From the human T2T-CHM13v2.0 reference genome, Homo sapiens, in the NCBI RefSeq assembly GCF_009914755.1, contig NC_060933.1: a DNA stretch of 64,000 nt; one strand, written 5' to 3'. Both the position numbers and the translations under genes were made by a program. Below are positions 53,202 through 64,000 of this stretch, in pieces (the stretch's first letter is position 1; each line of letters opens with the position of its first letter). Below the pieces are notes generated by a model, which saw only the letters and a program-made list of their open reading frames with translations, did not search any database and was not told the DNA's origin.

Positions 53202-56200
53202 CATTCTCAGAAACTTGTTTGTGATGTGTGTATTCAACTAACAGAGATGAACCTTTCTTTTTACAGAGCAGTTTTGAAACACTCTTTTTGTGGAATCTGA
53301 AAGTGGATATTTGGATAGCTTTGAGGATTTCGTTGGAAACGGGATTACATATAAAACCTAGAGAGAAGCATTCTCAGGAACTTCTTTGTGATGTTTGCCT
53401 TCAAGTCACAGGACTGAACATTCCCTTTCATAGAGCAGGTTTGAAACACTCTTTCTGTAGTATCTGCAAGCTGACGTTTCAAGCGCTTTCAGGCCTATGG
53501 TGAGAAAGGAAATATCTTCAAGTAAAAACTAGACAGAAGCATTCTCAGAAACTTATTTGCCATGTGTGTTCTCAACTAACAGAGTTGAACCTTTGTTTTG
53601 ATACGGCATTTTGGAAACACTCTTTTTGTAGAATCTGCAGGTGGATATTCGGATAGCTTTGAAGGTTTCGTTGGAAACGGGAATATCTTCATATAAAATC
53701 TAGACGGAAGCATTCTCAGAAAGTGCTTTGTGATGTTTGCATTCAAGTCACAGAGTAGAATGTTCCCTGTTATATACCAGGTTTGAGACACTCTTTCTGC
53801 ACTACCTGGGAGTGGACGTTTGGAGCGCTTTGAGGCCTATGTTGAAAAAGGAAATATCTTCCCATAAAAACTAGACAGAAGCATTCTCAGAAACTTGTTT
53901 GTGATGTGTGTATTCAACTAACAGGGATGAACCTTTCTTATTACAGAGCAGTTTTGAAACACTCTTTTTGTGGACTCTGAAAGTGGATATTTGGATAGCT
54001 TTGAGGATTTCGTTGGAAACGGGATTACATATAAAACCTAGAGAGAAGCATTCTCAGGAACTTCTTTGTGATGTTTGCATTCAAGTCACAGAACTGAACA
54101 TTCCCTTTCATAGAGCATGTTTGAAACACTCTTTCTGTAGTATCTGCAAACGGACATTTCAAACGCTTTCAGGCCTATGGTGAGAAAGGAAATATCTTCA
54201 AATAAAAACTAGACAGAAGCATTCTCAGAAACTTGTTTGCGATGTGTTTCCTCAACTAACAGAGTTGAACCTTTCTTTTGATACAACATTTTGGAAACAC
54301 TCTTTTTGTAGAATCTGCAAGTGGATATTTGGATAGCTTTGAAGGTTTCTTTGGAAACGGGAATATCTTCATATAAAATCAAGACAGAAGCATTCTCAGA
54401 AACTTCTCTGTGATGTTTGCATTCAACTCATAGAGTTGAACACTTCCCTTCATACAGCAGGTTTGAAACACTCTTTTTGTAATATTTGGAAGTGGACATT
54501 TGCAGCGCTTTGAGGCCTATGATGAAAAAGGTAATATCTTCCCATAAAAACTAGACAGAAGCATTCTCAGAAACTTGTTTGTGATGTGTGTATTCAACTA
54601 ACAGAGATGAACCTTTCTTTTTACAGAGCAGTTTTGAAACACTCTTTTTGTGGAATCTGAAAGTGGATATTTGGATAGCTTTGCGGATTTCGTTGGAAAC
54701 GGGATTACATATAAAATCTAGGGAGAAGCATTCTCAGGAACTTCTTTGTGATGTTTGCATTCAAGTCACAGAACTGAACATTCCCTTTCATAGAGCAGGT
54801 TTGAAACACTCTTTCTGTAGTATCTGCAAGCGGACGTTTTAAGCGCTTTCAGGCCTGTGGTGAGAAAGGAAATATCTTCAAATAAAAACTAGACAGAAGC
54901 ATTCTCAGAAACTTATTTGCGATGTGTGTCCTCAACTAACAGAGTTGAACCTTTCTTTTGATACAACATTTTGGAAACACTCTTTTTGTAGAATCTGCAA
55001 GTGGATATTTGGATAGCTTTGAAGGTTTCGTTGGAAACGGGAATATCTTCATATGAAATCAAGACAGAAGCATTCTCAGAAACTTCTCTGTGATGTTTGC
55101 ATTCAACTCATAGAGTTGAACACTTCCCTTCATACAGCAGGTTTGAAACACTCTTTTTCTAATATTTGGAAGTGGACATTTGCAGCGCTTTGAGGCCTAT
55201 GTTGAAAAAGGAAATATCTTCTCCTAAAAACCAGACAGAAGCATTCTCAGAAACTTCCTTGTGATGTGTGTACTCAAGTAACAGAGTTGAACCTTCCTTT
55301 TGACAGAGCAGTTTTGAAGCACTCTTTTTGTAGAATCTGCAAGTGGATATTTTGATACCTTTGAGGATTTCGTTGGACACGGGATATCTTCATATAAAAT
55401 CTAGACAGAAGCATTCTCAGAAACTTCTTTGTGCTGTATGTCCTCAATTAACAGAGTTGAACCTTTGTGTGGATACAGCATTTTGGAAACATTCCTTTAG
55501 AAGAATCTGCAAGTTGATATTTAGATAGCTAGGAAGATTTCCTTGGAAACGGGAATATCTTCATATAAAATCTAGACGGAAGCATTCTCAGAAAGTGCTT
55601 TGTGATGTTTGCATTCAAGTCACAGAGTTGAATATTCCCTTTTATAGAGCAGGTTTGAAACACTCTTTCTGCACTACCTGGAAGTGGACATTTGGAGCGC
55701 TTTGAGGCCTATGTTGAAAAAGGAAATATCTTCCCATAAAAACTAGACAGAAGCATTCTCAGAAACTTGTTTGTGATGTGTGTATTCAACTAACAGAGAT
55801 GAACCTTTCTTTTTACAGAGCAGTTTTGAAACACTCTTTTTGTGGAATCTGAAAGTGGATATTTGGATAGCTTTGAGGATTTCGTTGGAAACGGGATTAC
55901 ATATAAAACCTAGAGAGAAGCATTCTCAGGAACTTCTTTGTGATGTTTGCCTTCAAGTCACAGGACTGAACATTCCCTTTCATAGAGCAGGTTTGAAACA
56001 CTCTTTCTGTAGTATCTGCAAGCTGACGTTTCAAGCGCTTTCAGGCCTATGGTGAGAAAGGAAATATCTTCAAGTAAAAACTAGACAGAAGCATTCTCAG
56101 AAACTTATTTGCCATGTGTGTTCTCAACTAACAGAGTTGAACCTTTGTTTTGATACGGCATTTTGGAAACACTCTTTTTGTAGAAACTGCAGGTGGATAT

Positions 56201-59200
56201 TCGGATAGCTTTGAAGGTTTCGTTGGAAACGGGAATATCTTCATATAAAATCTAGACGGAAGCATTCTCAGAAACTGCTTTGTGATGTTTTCATTCAAGT
56301 CACAGAGTAGAATCTTCCCTGTTATATACCAGGTTTCAGACACTCTTTCTGCACTACCTGGAAGTGGACATTTGCAGTGCTTTGAGGCCTATGATGAAAA
56401 AGGAAATATCTTCCCATAAAAACTAGACAGAAGCATTCTCAGAAACTTGTTTGTGATGTGTGTATTCAACTAACAGAGATGAACCTTTCTTTTTACAGAG
56501 CAGTTTTGAAACACTCTTTTTGTGGAATCTGAAAGTGGATATTTGGATAGCTTTGAGGATTTCGTTGGAAACGGGATTACATATAAAATCTAGAGAGAAG
56601 CATTCTCAGGAACTTCTTTGTGATGTTTGCATTCACGTCACAGAACTGAACATTCCCTTTCATAGAGCATGTTTGAAACACTCTTTCTGTAGTATCTGCA
56701 AACGGACATTTCAAACGCTTTCAGGCCTATGGTGAGAAAGGAAATATCTTCAAATAAAAACTAGACAGAAGCATTCTCAGAAACTTATTTGCGATGTGTG
56801 TCCTCAACTAACAGAGTTGAACCTTTCTTTTGATACAACATTTTGGAAACACTCTTTTTGTGGAATCTGCAAGTGGATATTTGGATAGCTTTGAAGATTT
56901 CGTTGGAAACGGGAATATCTTCATATAAAATCAAGACAGAAGCATTCTCAGAAACTTCTCTGTGATGTTTGCATTCAACTCATAGAGTTGAACACTTCCC
57001 TTCATACAGCAGGTTTGAAACACTCTTTTTGTAATATTTGGAAGTGGACATTTGCAGCGCTTTGAGGCCTATGATGAAAAAGGTAATATCTTCCCATAAA
57101 AACTAGACAGAAGCATTCTCAGAAACTTGTTTGTGATGTGTGTATTCAACTAACAGAGATGAACCTTTCTTTTTACAGAGCAGTTTTGAAACACTCTTTT
57201 TGTGGAATCTGAAAGTGGATATTTGTATAGCTTTGCGGATTTCGTTGGAAACGGGATTACATATAAAATCTAGGGAGAAGCATTATCAGGAACTTCTTTG
57301 TGATGTTTGCATTCAAGTCACAGAACTGAACATTCCCTTTCATAGAGCAGGTTTGAAACACTCTTTCTGTAGTATCTGCAAGCGGACGTTTTAAGCGCTT
57401 TCAGGCCTGTGGTGAGAAAAGAAATATCTTCAAATAAAAACTAGACAGAAGCATTCTCAGAAACTTATTTGCGATGTGTGTCCTCAACTAACAGAGTTGA
57501 ACCTTTCTTTTGATACAACATTTTGGAAACACTCTTTTTGTAGAATCTGCAAGTGGATATTTGGATAGCTTTGAAGGTTTCGTTGGAAACGGGAATATCT
57601 TCATATGAAATCAAGACAGAAGCATTCTCAGAAACTTCTCTGTGATGTTTGCATTCAACTCATAGAGTTGAACACTTCCCTTCATACAGCAGGTTTGAAA
57701 CACTCTTTTTGTAATATTTGGAAGTGGACATTTGCAGCGCTTTGAGGCCTATGTTGAAAAAGGAAATATCTTCTCCTAAAAACCAGACAGAAGCATTCTC
57801 AGAAACTTCCTTGTGATGTGTGTACTCAAGTAACAGAGTTGAACCTTCCTTTTGACAGAGCAGTTTTGAAGCACTCTTTTTGTAGAATCTGCAAGTGGAT
57901 ATTTTGATACCTTTGAGGATTTCGTTGGACACGGGATATCTTCATATAAAATCTAGACAGAAGCATTCTCAGAAACTTCTTTGTGCTGTATGTCCTCAAT
58001 TAACAGAGTTGAACCTTTGTGTGGATACAGCATTTTGGAAACATTCCTTTAGTAGAATCTGCAAGTTGATATTTAGATAGCTAGGAAGATTTCCTTGGAA
58101 ACGGGAATATCTTCATATAAAATCTAGACGGAAGCATTCTCAGAAAGTGCTTTGTGATGTTTGCATTCAAGTCATAGAGTTGAATATTCCCTTTTATAGA
58201 GCAGGTTTGAAACACTCTTTCTGCACTACCTGGAAGTGGACATTTGGAGCGCTTTGAGGCCTATGTTGAAAAAGGAAATATGTTCCCATAAAAACTGGAC
58301 AGAAGCATTCTCAGAAACTTGTTTGTGATGTGTGTATTCAACTAACAGAGATGAACCTTTCTTTTTACAGAGCAGTTTTGAAACACTCTTTTTGTGGAAT
58401 CTGAAAGTGGATATTTGGATAGCTTTGAGGATTTCGTTGGAAACGGGATTACATATAAAACCTAGAGAGAAGCATTCTCAGGAACTTCTTTGTGATGTTT
58501 GCATTCAAGTCACAGGACTGAACATTCCCTTTCATAGAGCAGGTTTGAAACACTCTTTCTGTAGTATCTGCAAGCTGACGTTTCAAGCGCTTTCAGGCCT
58601 ATGGTGAGAAAGGAAATATCTTCAAGTAAAAACTAGACAGAAGCATTCTCAGAAACTTATTTGCCATGTGTGTTCTCAACTAACAGAGTTGAACCTTTGT
58701 TTTGATACGGCATTTTGGAAACACTCTTTTTGTAGAATCTGCAGGTGGATATTCGGATAGCTTTGAAGGTTTCGTTGGAAACGGGAATATCTTCATATAA
58801 AATCTAGACGGAAGCATTCTCAGAAAGTGCTTTGTGATGTTTGCATTCAAGTCACAGAGTAGAATGTTCCCTGTTATATACCAGGTTTGAGACACTCTTT
58901 CTGCACTACCTGGAAGTGGACGTTTGGAGCGCTTTGAGGCCTATGTTGAAAAAGGAAATATCTTCCCATAAAAACTAGACAGAAGCATTCTCAGAAACTT
59001 GTTTGTGATGTGTGTATTCAACTAACAGGGATGAACCTTTCTTATTACAGAGCAGTTTTGAAACACTCTTTTTGTGGACTCTGAAAGTGGATATTTGGAT
59101 AGCTTTGAGGATTTCGTTGGAAACGGGATTACATATAAAACCTAGAGAGAAGCATTCTCAGGAACTTCTTTGTGATGTTTGCATTCAAGTCACAGAACTG

Positions 59201-62200
59201 AACATTCCCTTTCATAGAGCATGTTTGAAACACTCTTTCTGTAGTATCTGCAAACGGACATTTCAAACGCTTTCAGGCCTATGGTGAGAAAGGAAATATC
59301 TTCAAATAAAAACTAGACAGAAGCATTCTCAGAAACTTGTTTGCGATGTGTTTCCTCAACTAACAGAGTTGAACCTTTCTTTTGATACAACATTTTGGAA
59401 ACACTCTTTTTGTAGAATCTGCAAGTGGATATTTGGATAGCTTTGAAGGTTTCTTTGGAAACGGGAATATCTTCATATAAAATCAAGACAGAAGCATTCT
59501 CAGAAACTTCTCTGTGATGTTTGCATTCAACTCATAGAGTTGAACACTTCCCTTCATACAGCAGGTTTGAAACACTCTTTTTGTAATATTTGGAAGTGGA
59601 CATTTGCAGCGCTTTGAGGCCTATGATGAAAAAGGTAATATCTTCCCATAAAAACTAGACAGAAGCATTCTCAGAAACTTGTTTGTGATGTGTGTATTCA
59701 ACTAACAGAGATGAACCTTTCTTTTTACAGAGCAGTTTTGAAACACTCTTTTTGTGGAATCTGAAAGTGGATATTTGGATAGCTTTGCGGATTTCGTTGG
59801 AAACGGGATTACATATAAAATCTAGGGAGAAGCATTCTCAGGAACTTCTTTGTGATGTTTGCATTCAAGTCACAGAACTGAACATTCCCTTTCATAGAGC
59901 AGGTTTGAAACACTCTTTCTGTAGTATCTGCAAGCGGACGTTTTAAGCGCTTTCAGGCCTGTGGTGAGAAAGGAAATATCTTCAAATAAAAACTAGACAG
60001 AAGCATTCTCAGAAACTTATTTGCGATGTGTGTCCTCAACTAACAGAGTTGAACCTTTCTTTTGATACAACATTTTGGAAACACTCTTTTTGTAGAATCT
60101 GCAAGTGGATATTTGGATAGCTTTGAAGGTTTCGTTGTAAACGGGAATATCTTCATATGAAATCAAGACAGAAGCATTCTCAGAAACTTCTCTGTGATGT
60201 TTGCATTCAACTCATAGAGTTGAACACTTCCCTTCATACAGCAGGTTTGAAACACTCTTTTTCTAATATTTGGAAGTGGACATTTGCAGCGCTTTGAGGC
60301 CTATGTTGAAAAAGGAAATATCTTCTCCTAAAAACCAGACAGAAGCATTCTCAGAAACTTCCTTGTGATGTGTGTACTCAAGTAACAGAGTTGAACCTTC
60401 CTTTTGACAGAGCAGTTTTGAAGCACTCTTTTTGTAGAATCTGCAAGTGGATATTTTGATACCTTTGAGGATTTCGTTGGACACGGGATATCTTCATATA
60501 AAATCTAGACAGAAGCATTCTCAGAAACTTCTTTGTGCTGTATGTCCTCAATTAACAGAGTTGAACCTTTGTGTGGATACAGCATTTTGGAAACATTCCT
60601 TTAGAAGAATCTGCAAGTTGATATTTAGATAGCTAGGAAGATTTCCTTGGAAACGGGAATATCTTCATATAAAATCTAGACGGAAGCATTCTCAGAAAGT
60701 GCTTTGTGATGTTTGCATTCAAGTCACAGAGTTGAATATTCCCTTTTATAGAGCAGGTTTGAAACACTCTTTCTGCACTACCTGGAAGTGGACATTTGGA
60801 GCGCTTTGAGGCCTATGTTGAAAAAGGAAATATCTTCCCATAAAAACTAGACAGAAGCATTCTCAGAAACTTGTTTGTGATGTGTGTATTCAACTAACAG
60901 AGATGAACCTTTCTTTTTACAGAGCAGTTTTGAAACACTCTTTTTGTGGAATCTGAAAGTGGATATTTGGATAGCTTTGAGGATTTCGTTGGAAACGGGA
61001 TTACATATAAAACCTAGAGAGAAGCATTCTCAGGAACTTCTTTGTGATGTTTGCCTTCAAGTCACAGGACTGAACATTCCCTTTCATAGAGCAGGTTTGA
61101 AACACTCTTTCTGTAGTATCTGCAAGCTGACGTTTCAAGCGCTTTCAGGCCTATGGTGAGAAAGGAAATATCTTCAAGTAAAAACTAGACAGAAGCATTC
61201 TCAGAAACTTATTTGCCATGTGTGTTCTCAACTAACAGAGTTGAACCTTTGTTTTGATACGGCATTTTGGAAACACTCTTTTTGTAGAAACTGCAGGTGG
61301 ATATTCGGATAGCTTTGAAGGTTTCGTTGGAAACGGGAATATCTTCATATAAAATCTAGACGGAAGCATTCTCAGAAACTGCTTTGTGATGTTTTCATTC
61401 AAGTCACAGAGTAGAATCTTCCCTGTTATATACCAGGTTTCAGACACTCTTTCTGCACTACCTGGAAGTGGACATTTGCAGTGCTTTGAGGCCTATGATG
61501 AAAAAGGAAATATCTTCCCATAAAAACTAGACAGAAGCATTCTCAGAAACTTGTTTGTGATGTGTGTATTCAACTAACAGAGATGAACCTTTCTTTTTAC
61601 AGAGCAGTTTTGAAACACTCTTTTTGTGGAATCTGAAAGTGGATATTTGGATAGCTTTGAGGATTTCGTTGGAAACGGGATTACATATAAAATCTAGAGA
61701 GAAGCATTCTCAGGAACTTCTTTGTGATGTTTGCATTCACGTCACAGAACTGAACATTCCCTTTCATAGAGCATGTTTGAAACACTCTTTCTGTAGTATC
61801 TGCAAACGGACATTTCAAACGCTTTCAGGCCTATGGTGAGAAAGGAAATATCTTCAAATAAAAACTAGACAGAAGCATTCTCAGAAACTTATTTGCGATG
61901 TGTGTCCTCAACTAACAGAGTTGAACCTTTCTTTTGATACAACATTTTGGAAACACTCTTTTTGTGGAATCTGCAAGTGGATATTTGGATAGCTTTGAAG
62001 ATTTCGTTGGAAACGGGAATATCTTCATATAAAATCAAGACAGAAGCATTCTCAGAAACTTCTCTGTGATGTTTGCATTCAACTCATAGAGTTGAACACT
62101 TCCCTTCATACAGCAGGTTTGAAACACTCTTTTTGTAATATTTGGAAGTGGACATTTGCAGCGCTTTGAGGCCTATGATGAAAAAGGTAATATCTTCCCA

Positions 62201-64000
62201 TAAAAACTAGACAGAAGCATTCTCAGAAACTTGTTTGTGATGTGTGTATTCAACTAACAGAGATGAACCTTTCTTTTTACAGAGCAGTTTTGAAACACTC
62301 TTTTTGTGGAATCTGAAAGTGGATATTTGGATAGCTTTGCGGATTTCGTTGGAAACGGGATTACATATAAAATCTAGGGAGAAGCATTATCAGGAACTTC
62401 TTTGTGATGTTTGCATTCAAGTCACAGAACTGAACATTCCCTTTCATAGAGCAGGTTTGAAACACTCTTTCTGTAGTATCTGCAAGCGGACGTTTTAAGC
62501 GCTTTCAGGCCTGTGGTGAGAAAAGAAATATCTTCAAATAAAAACTAGACAGAAGCATTCTCAGAAACTTATTTGCGATGTGTGTCCTCAACTAACAGAG
62601 TTGAACCTTTCTTTTGATACAACATTTTGGAAACACTCTTTTTGTAGAATCTGCAAGTGGATATTTGGATAGCTTTGAAGGTTTCGTTGGAAACGGGAAT
62701 ATCTTCATATGAAATCAAGACAGAAGCATTCTCAGAAACTTCTCTGTGATGTTTGCATTCAACTCATAGAGTTGAACACTTCCCTTCATACAGCAGGTTT
62801 GAAACACTCTTTTTGTAATATTTGGAAGTGGACATTTGCAGCGCTTTGAGGCCTATGTTGAAAAAGGAAATATCTTCTCCTAAAAACCAGACAGAAGCAT
62901 TCTCAGAAACTTCCTTGTGATGTGTGTACTCAAGTAACAGATTGAACCTTCCTTTTGACAGAGCAGTTTTGAAGCACTCTTTTTGTAGAATCTGCAAGTG
63001 GATATTTTGATACCTTTGAGGATTTCGTTGGACACGGGATATCTTCATATAAAATCTAGACAGAAGCATTCTCAGAAACTTCTTTGTGCTGTATGTCCTC
63101 AATTAACAGAGTTGAACCTTTGTGTGGATACAGCATTTTGGAAACATTCCTTTAGTAGAATCTGCAAGTTGATATTTAGATAGCTAGGAAGATTTCCTTG
63201 GAAACGGGAATATCTTCATATAAAATCTAGACGGAAGCATTCTCAGAAAGTGCTTTGTGATGTTTGCATTCAAGTCACAGAGTTGAATATTCCCTTTTAT
63301 AGAGCAGGTTTGAAACACTCTTTCTGCACTACCTGGAAGTGGACATTTGGAGCGCTTTGAGGCCTATGTTGAAAAAGGAAATATGTTCCCATAAAAACTG
63401 GACAGAAGCATTCTCAGAAACTTGTTTGTGATGTGTGTATTCAACTAACAGAGATGAACCTTTCTTTTTACAGAGCAGTTTTGAAACACTCTTTTTGTGG
63501 AATCTGAAAGTGGATATTTGGATAGCTTTGAGGATTTCGTTGGAAACGGGATTACATATAAAACCTAGAGAGAAGCATTCTCAGGAACTTCTTTGTGATG
63601 TTTGCATTCAAGTCACAGGACTGAACATTCCCTTTCATAGAGCATGTTTGAAACACTCTTTCTGTAGTATCTGCAAGCTGACGTTTCAAGCGCTTTCAGG
63701 CCTATGGTGAGAAAGGAAATATCTTCAAGTAAAAACTAGACAGAAGCATTCTCAGAAACTTATTTGCCATGTGTGTTCTCAACTAACAGAGTTGAACCTT
63801 TGTTTTGATACGGCATTTTGGAAACACTCTTTTTGTAGAATCTGCAGGTGGATATTCGGATAGCTTTGAAGGTTTCGTTGGAAACGGGAATATCTTCATA
63901 TAAAATCTAGACGGAAGCATTCTCAGAAACTGCTTTGTGATGTTTTCATTCAAGTCACAGAGTAGAATGTTCCCTGTTATATACCAGGTTTGAGACACTC
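53202..64000 (+). repeat. Four 15-mer HORs (2552, 2552, 2552, 2551 bp) plus a partial unit from 63409
   Basis: Trimer markers 52791, 55343, 57895, 60447 and 62998. Confidence 0.93.

Larger units (their letters stand above)
1..64000 (+). repeat. Centromeric alpha-satellite higher-order repeat array (dimeric A/B, SF2-like), about 376 monomers, head-to-tail, truncated by both window edges
   Basis: Monomer starts (CATTCTCAG) at 113, 284, 455, 626, 793, 964, 1135, 1306, 1476, 1647 and 1818 give 167-171 bp spacing. Alphoid motifs GAAGCATTCTCAGAAACT, GAGTTGAAC, TTTGAAACACTCTTT and the CENP-B box recur throughout. Near-identical ORF translations recur at 680/1872/2552/3232-bp spacings. Confidence 0.99.

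Noticed and set aside
38860-60146. CENP-B box variants TTCGTTAGACACGGG (about 38872, 50951) and TTCGTTGTAAACGGG (about 50610, 60138) as inactivating
   Set aside because: The changes fall in non-core positions of nTTCGnnnnAnnCGGGn, so they are not counted as dead boxes.
32-63998. Recurrent 61-112 aa ORFs (MYSTNRDEPF.., MSQTWYITG.., MDILIPLR.., MSNEILKG..)
   Set aside because: They are translations of alpha-satellite, mostly from alternative start codons (GTG/TTG/CTG etc.). They recur with the repeat period, are opened or closed by random SNVs and indels, and resemble no protein family I recognise.
1-64000. CRISPR-like repeat/spacer pattern suggested by the constant GAAGCATTCTCAGAAACT motif
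   Set aside because: The intervening sequences are homologous 171-bp monomer bodies rather than unique spacers, and there are no cas genes.
1-64000. L1/Alu insertion, inversion or non-alphoid island
   Set aside because: All unit lengths fit 512+680n within 1 bp, leaving no room for an insert. All CENP-B boxes I saw are on the + strand, and there is no poly-A or Alu motif.
1-64000. Claim that this window is the kinetochore/CENP-A (CDR) site
   Set aside because: That is epigenetically defined and cannot be determined from sequence.

Overview
The whole 64 kb window is one uninterrupted, single-orientation tandem array of primate centromeric alpha-satellite, about 376 monomers of 167-171 bp. 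It is organised as a homogeneous higher-order repeat (HOR) with alternating CENP-B-box (B) and pJalpha/A-box monomers. Every HOR unit is n x 680-bp tetramer plus one 512-bp trimer. Among the 26 complete units there are ten 11-mers (1872 bp), thirteen 15-mers (2552 bp) and three 19-mers (3232 bp). This looks like a human dimeric (SF2-type) live centromeric array. From recall only, chr9 D9Z4 fits best, with D4Z1, D8Z2 and D15Z3 as alternatives to test. I see no genes, RNA genes, transposon insertions or inversions, and the ORF track is a repeat artefact. I found no new gene system. The interest lies in the array's readable history: nested duplications (offsets 2552, 3744, 5104, 12079, 20249 and 21609 bp), same-length HOR variants of independent origin, two crossover junctions mapped to 16-18 bp, reciprocal monomer-conversion patches, and a ~1.3-kb stretch with no intact CENP-B box. 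All comparisons were made by eye and from ORF-track spacing, not by alignment software.
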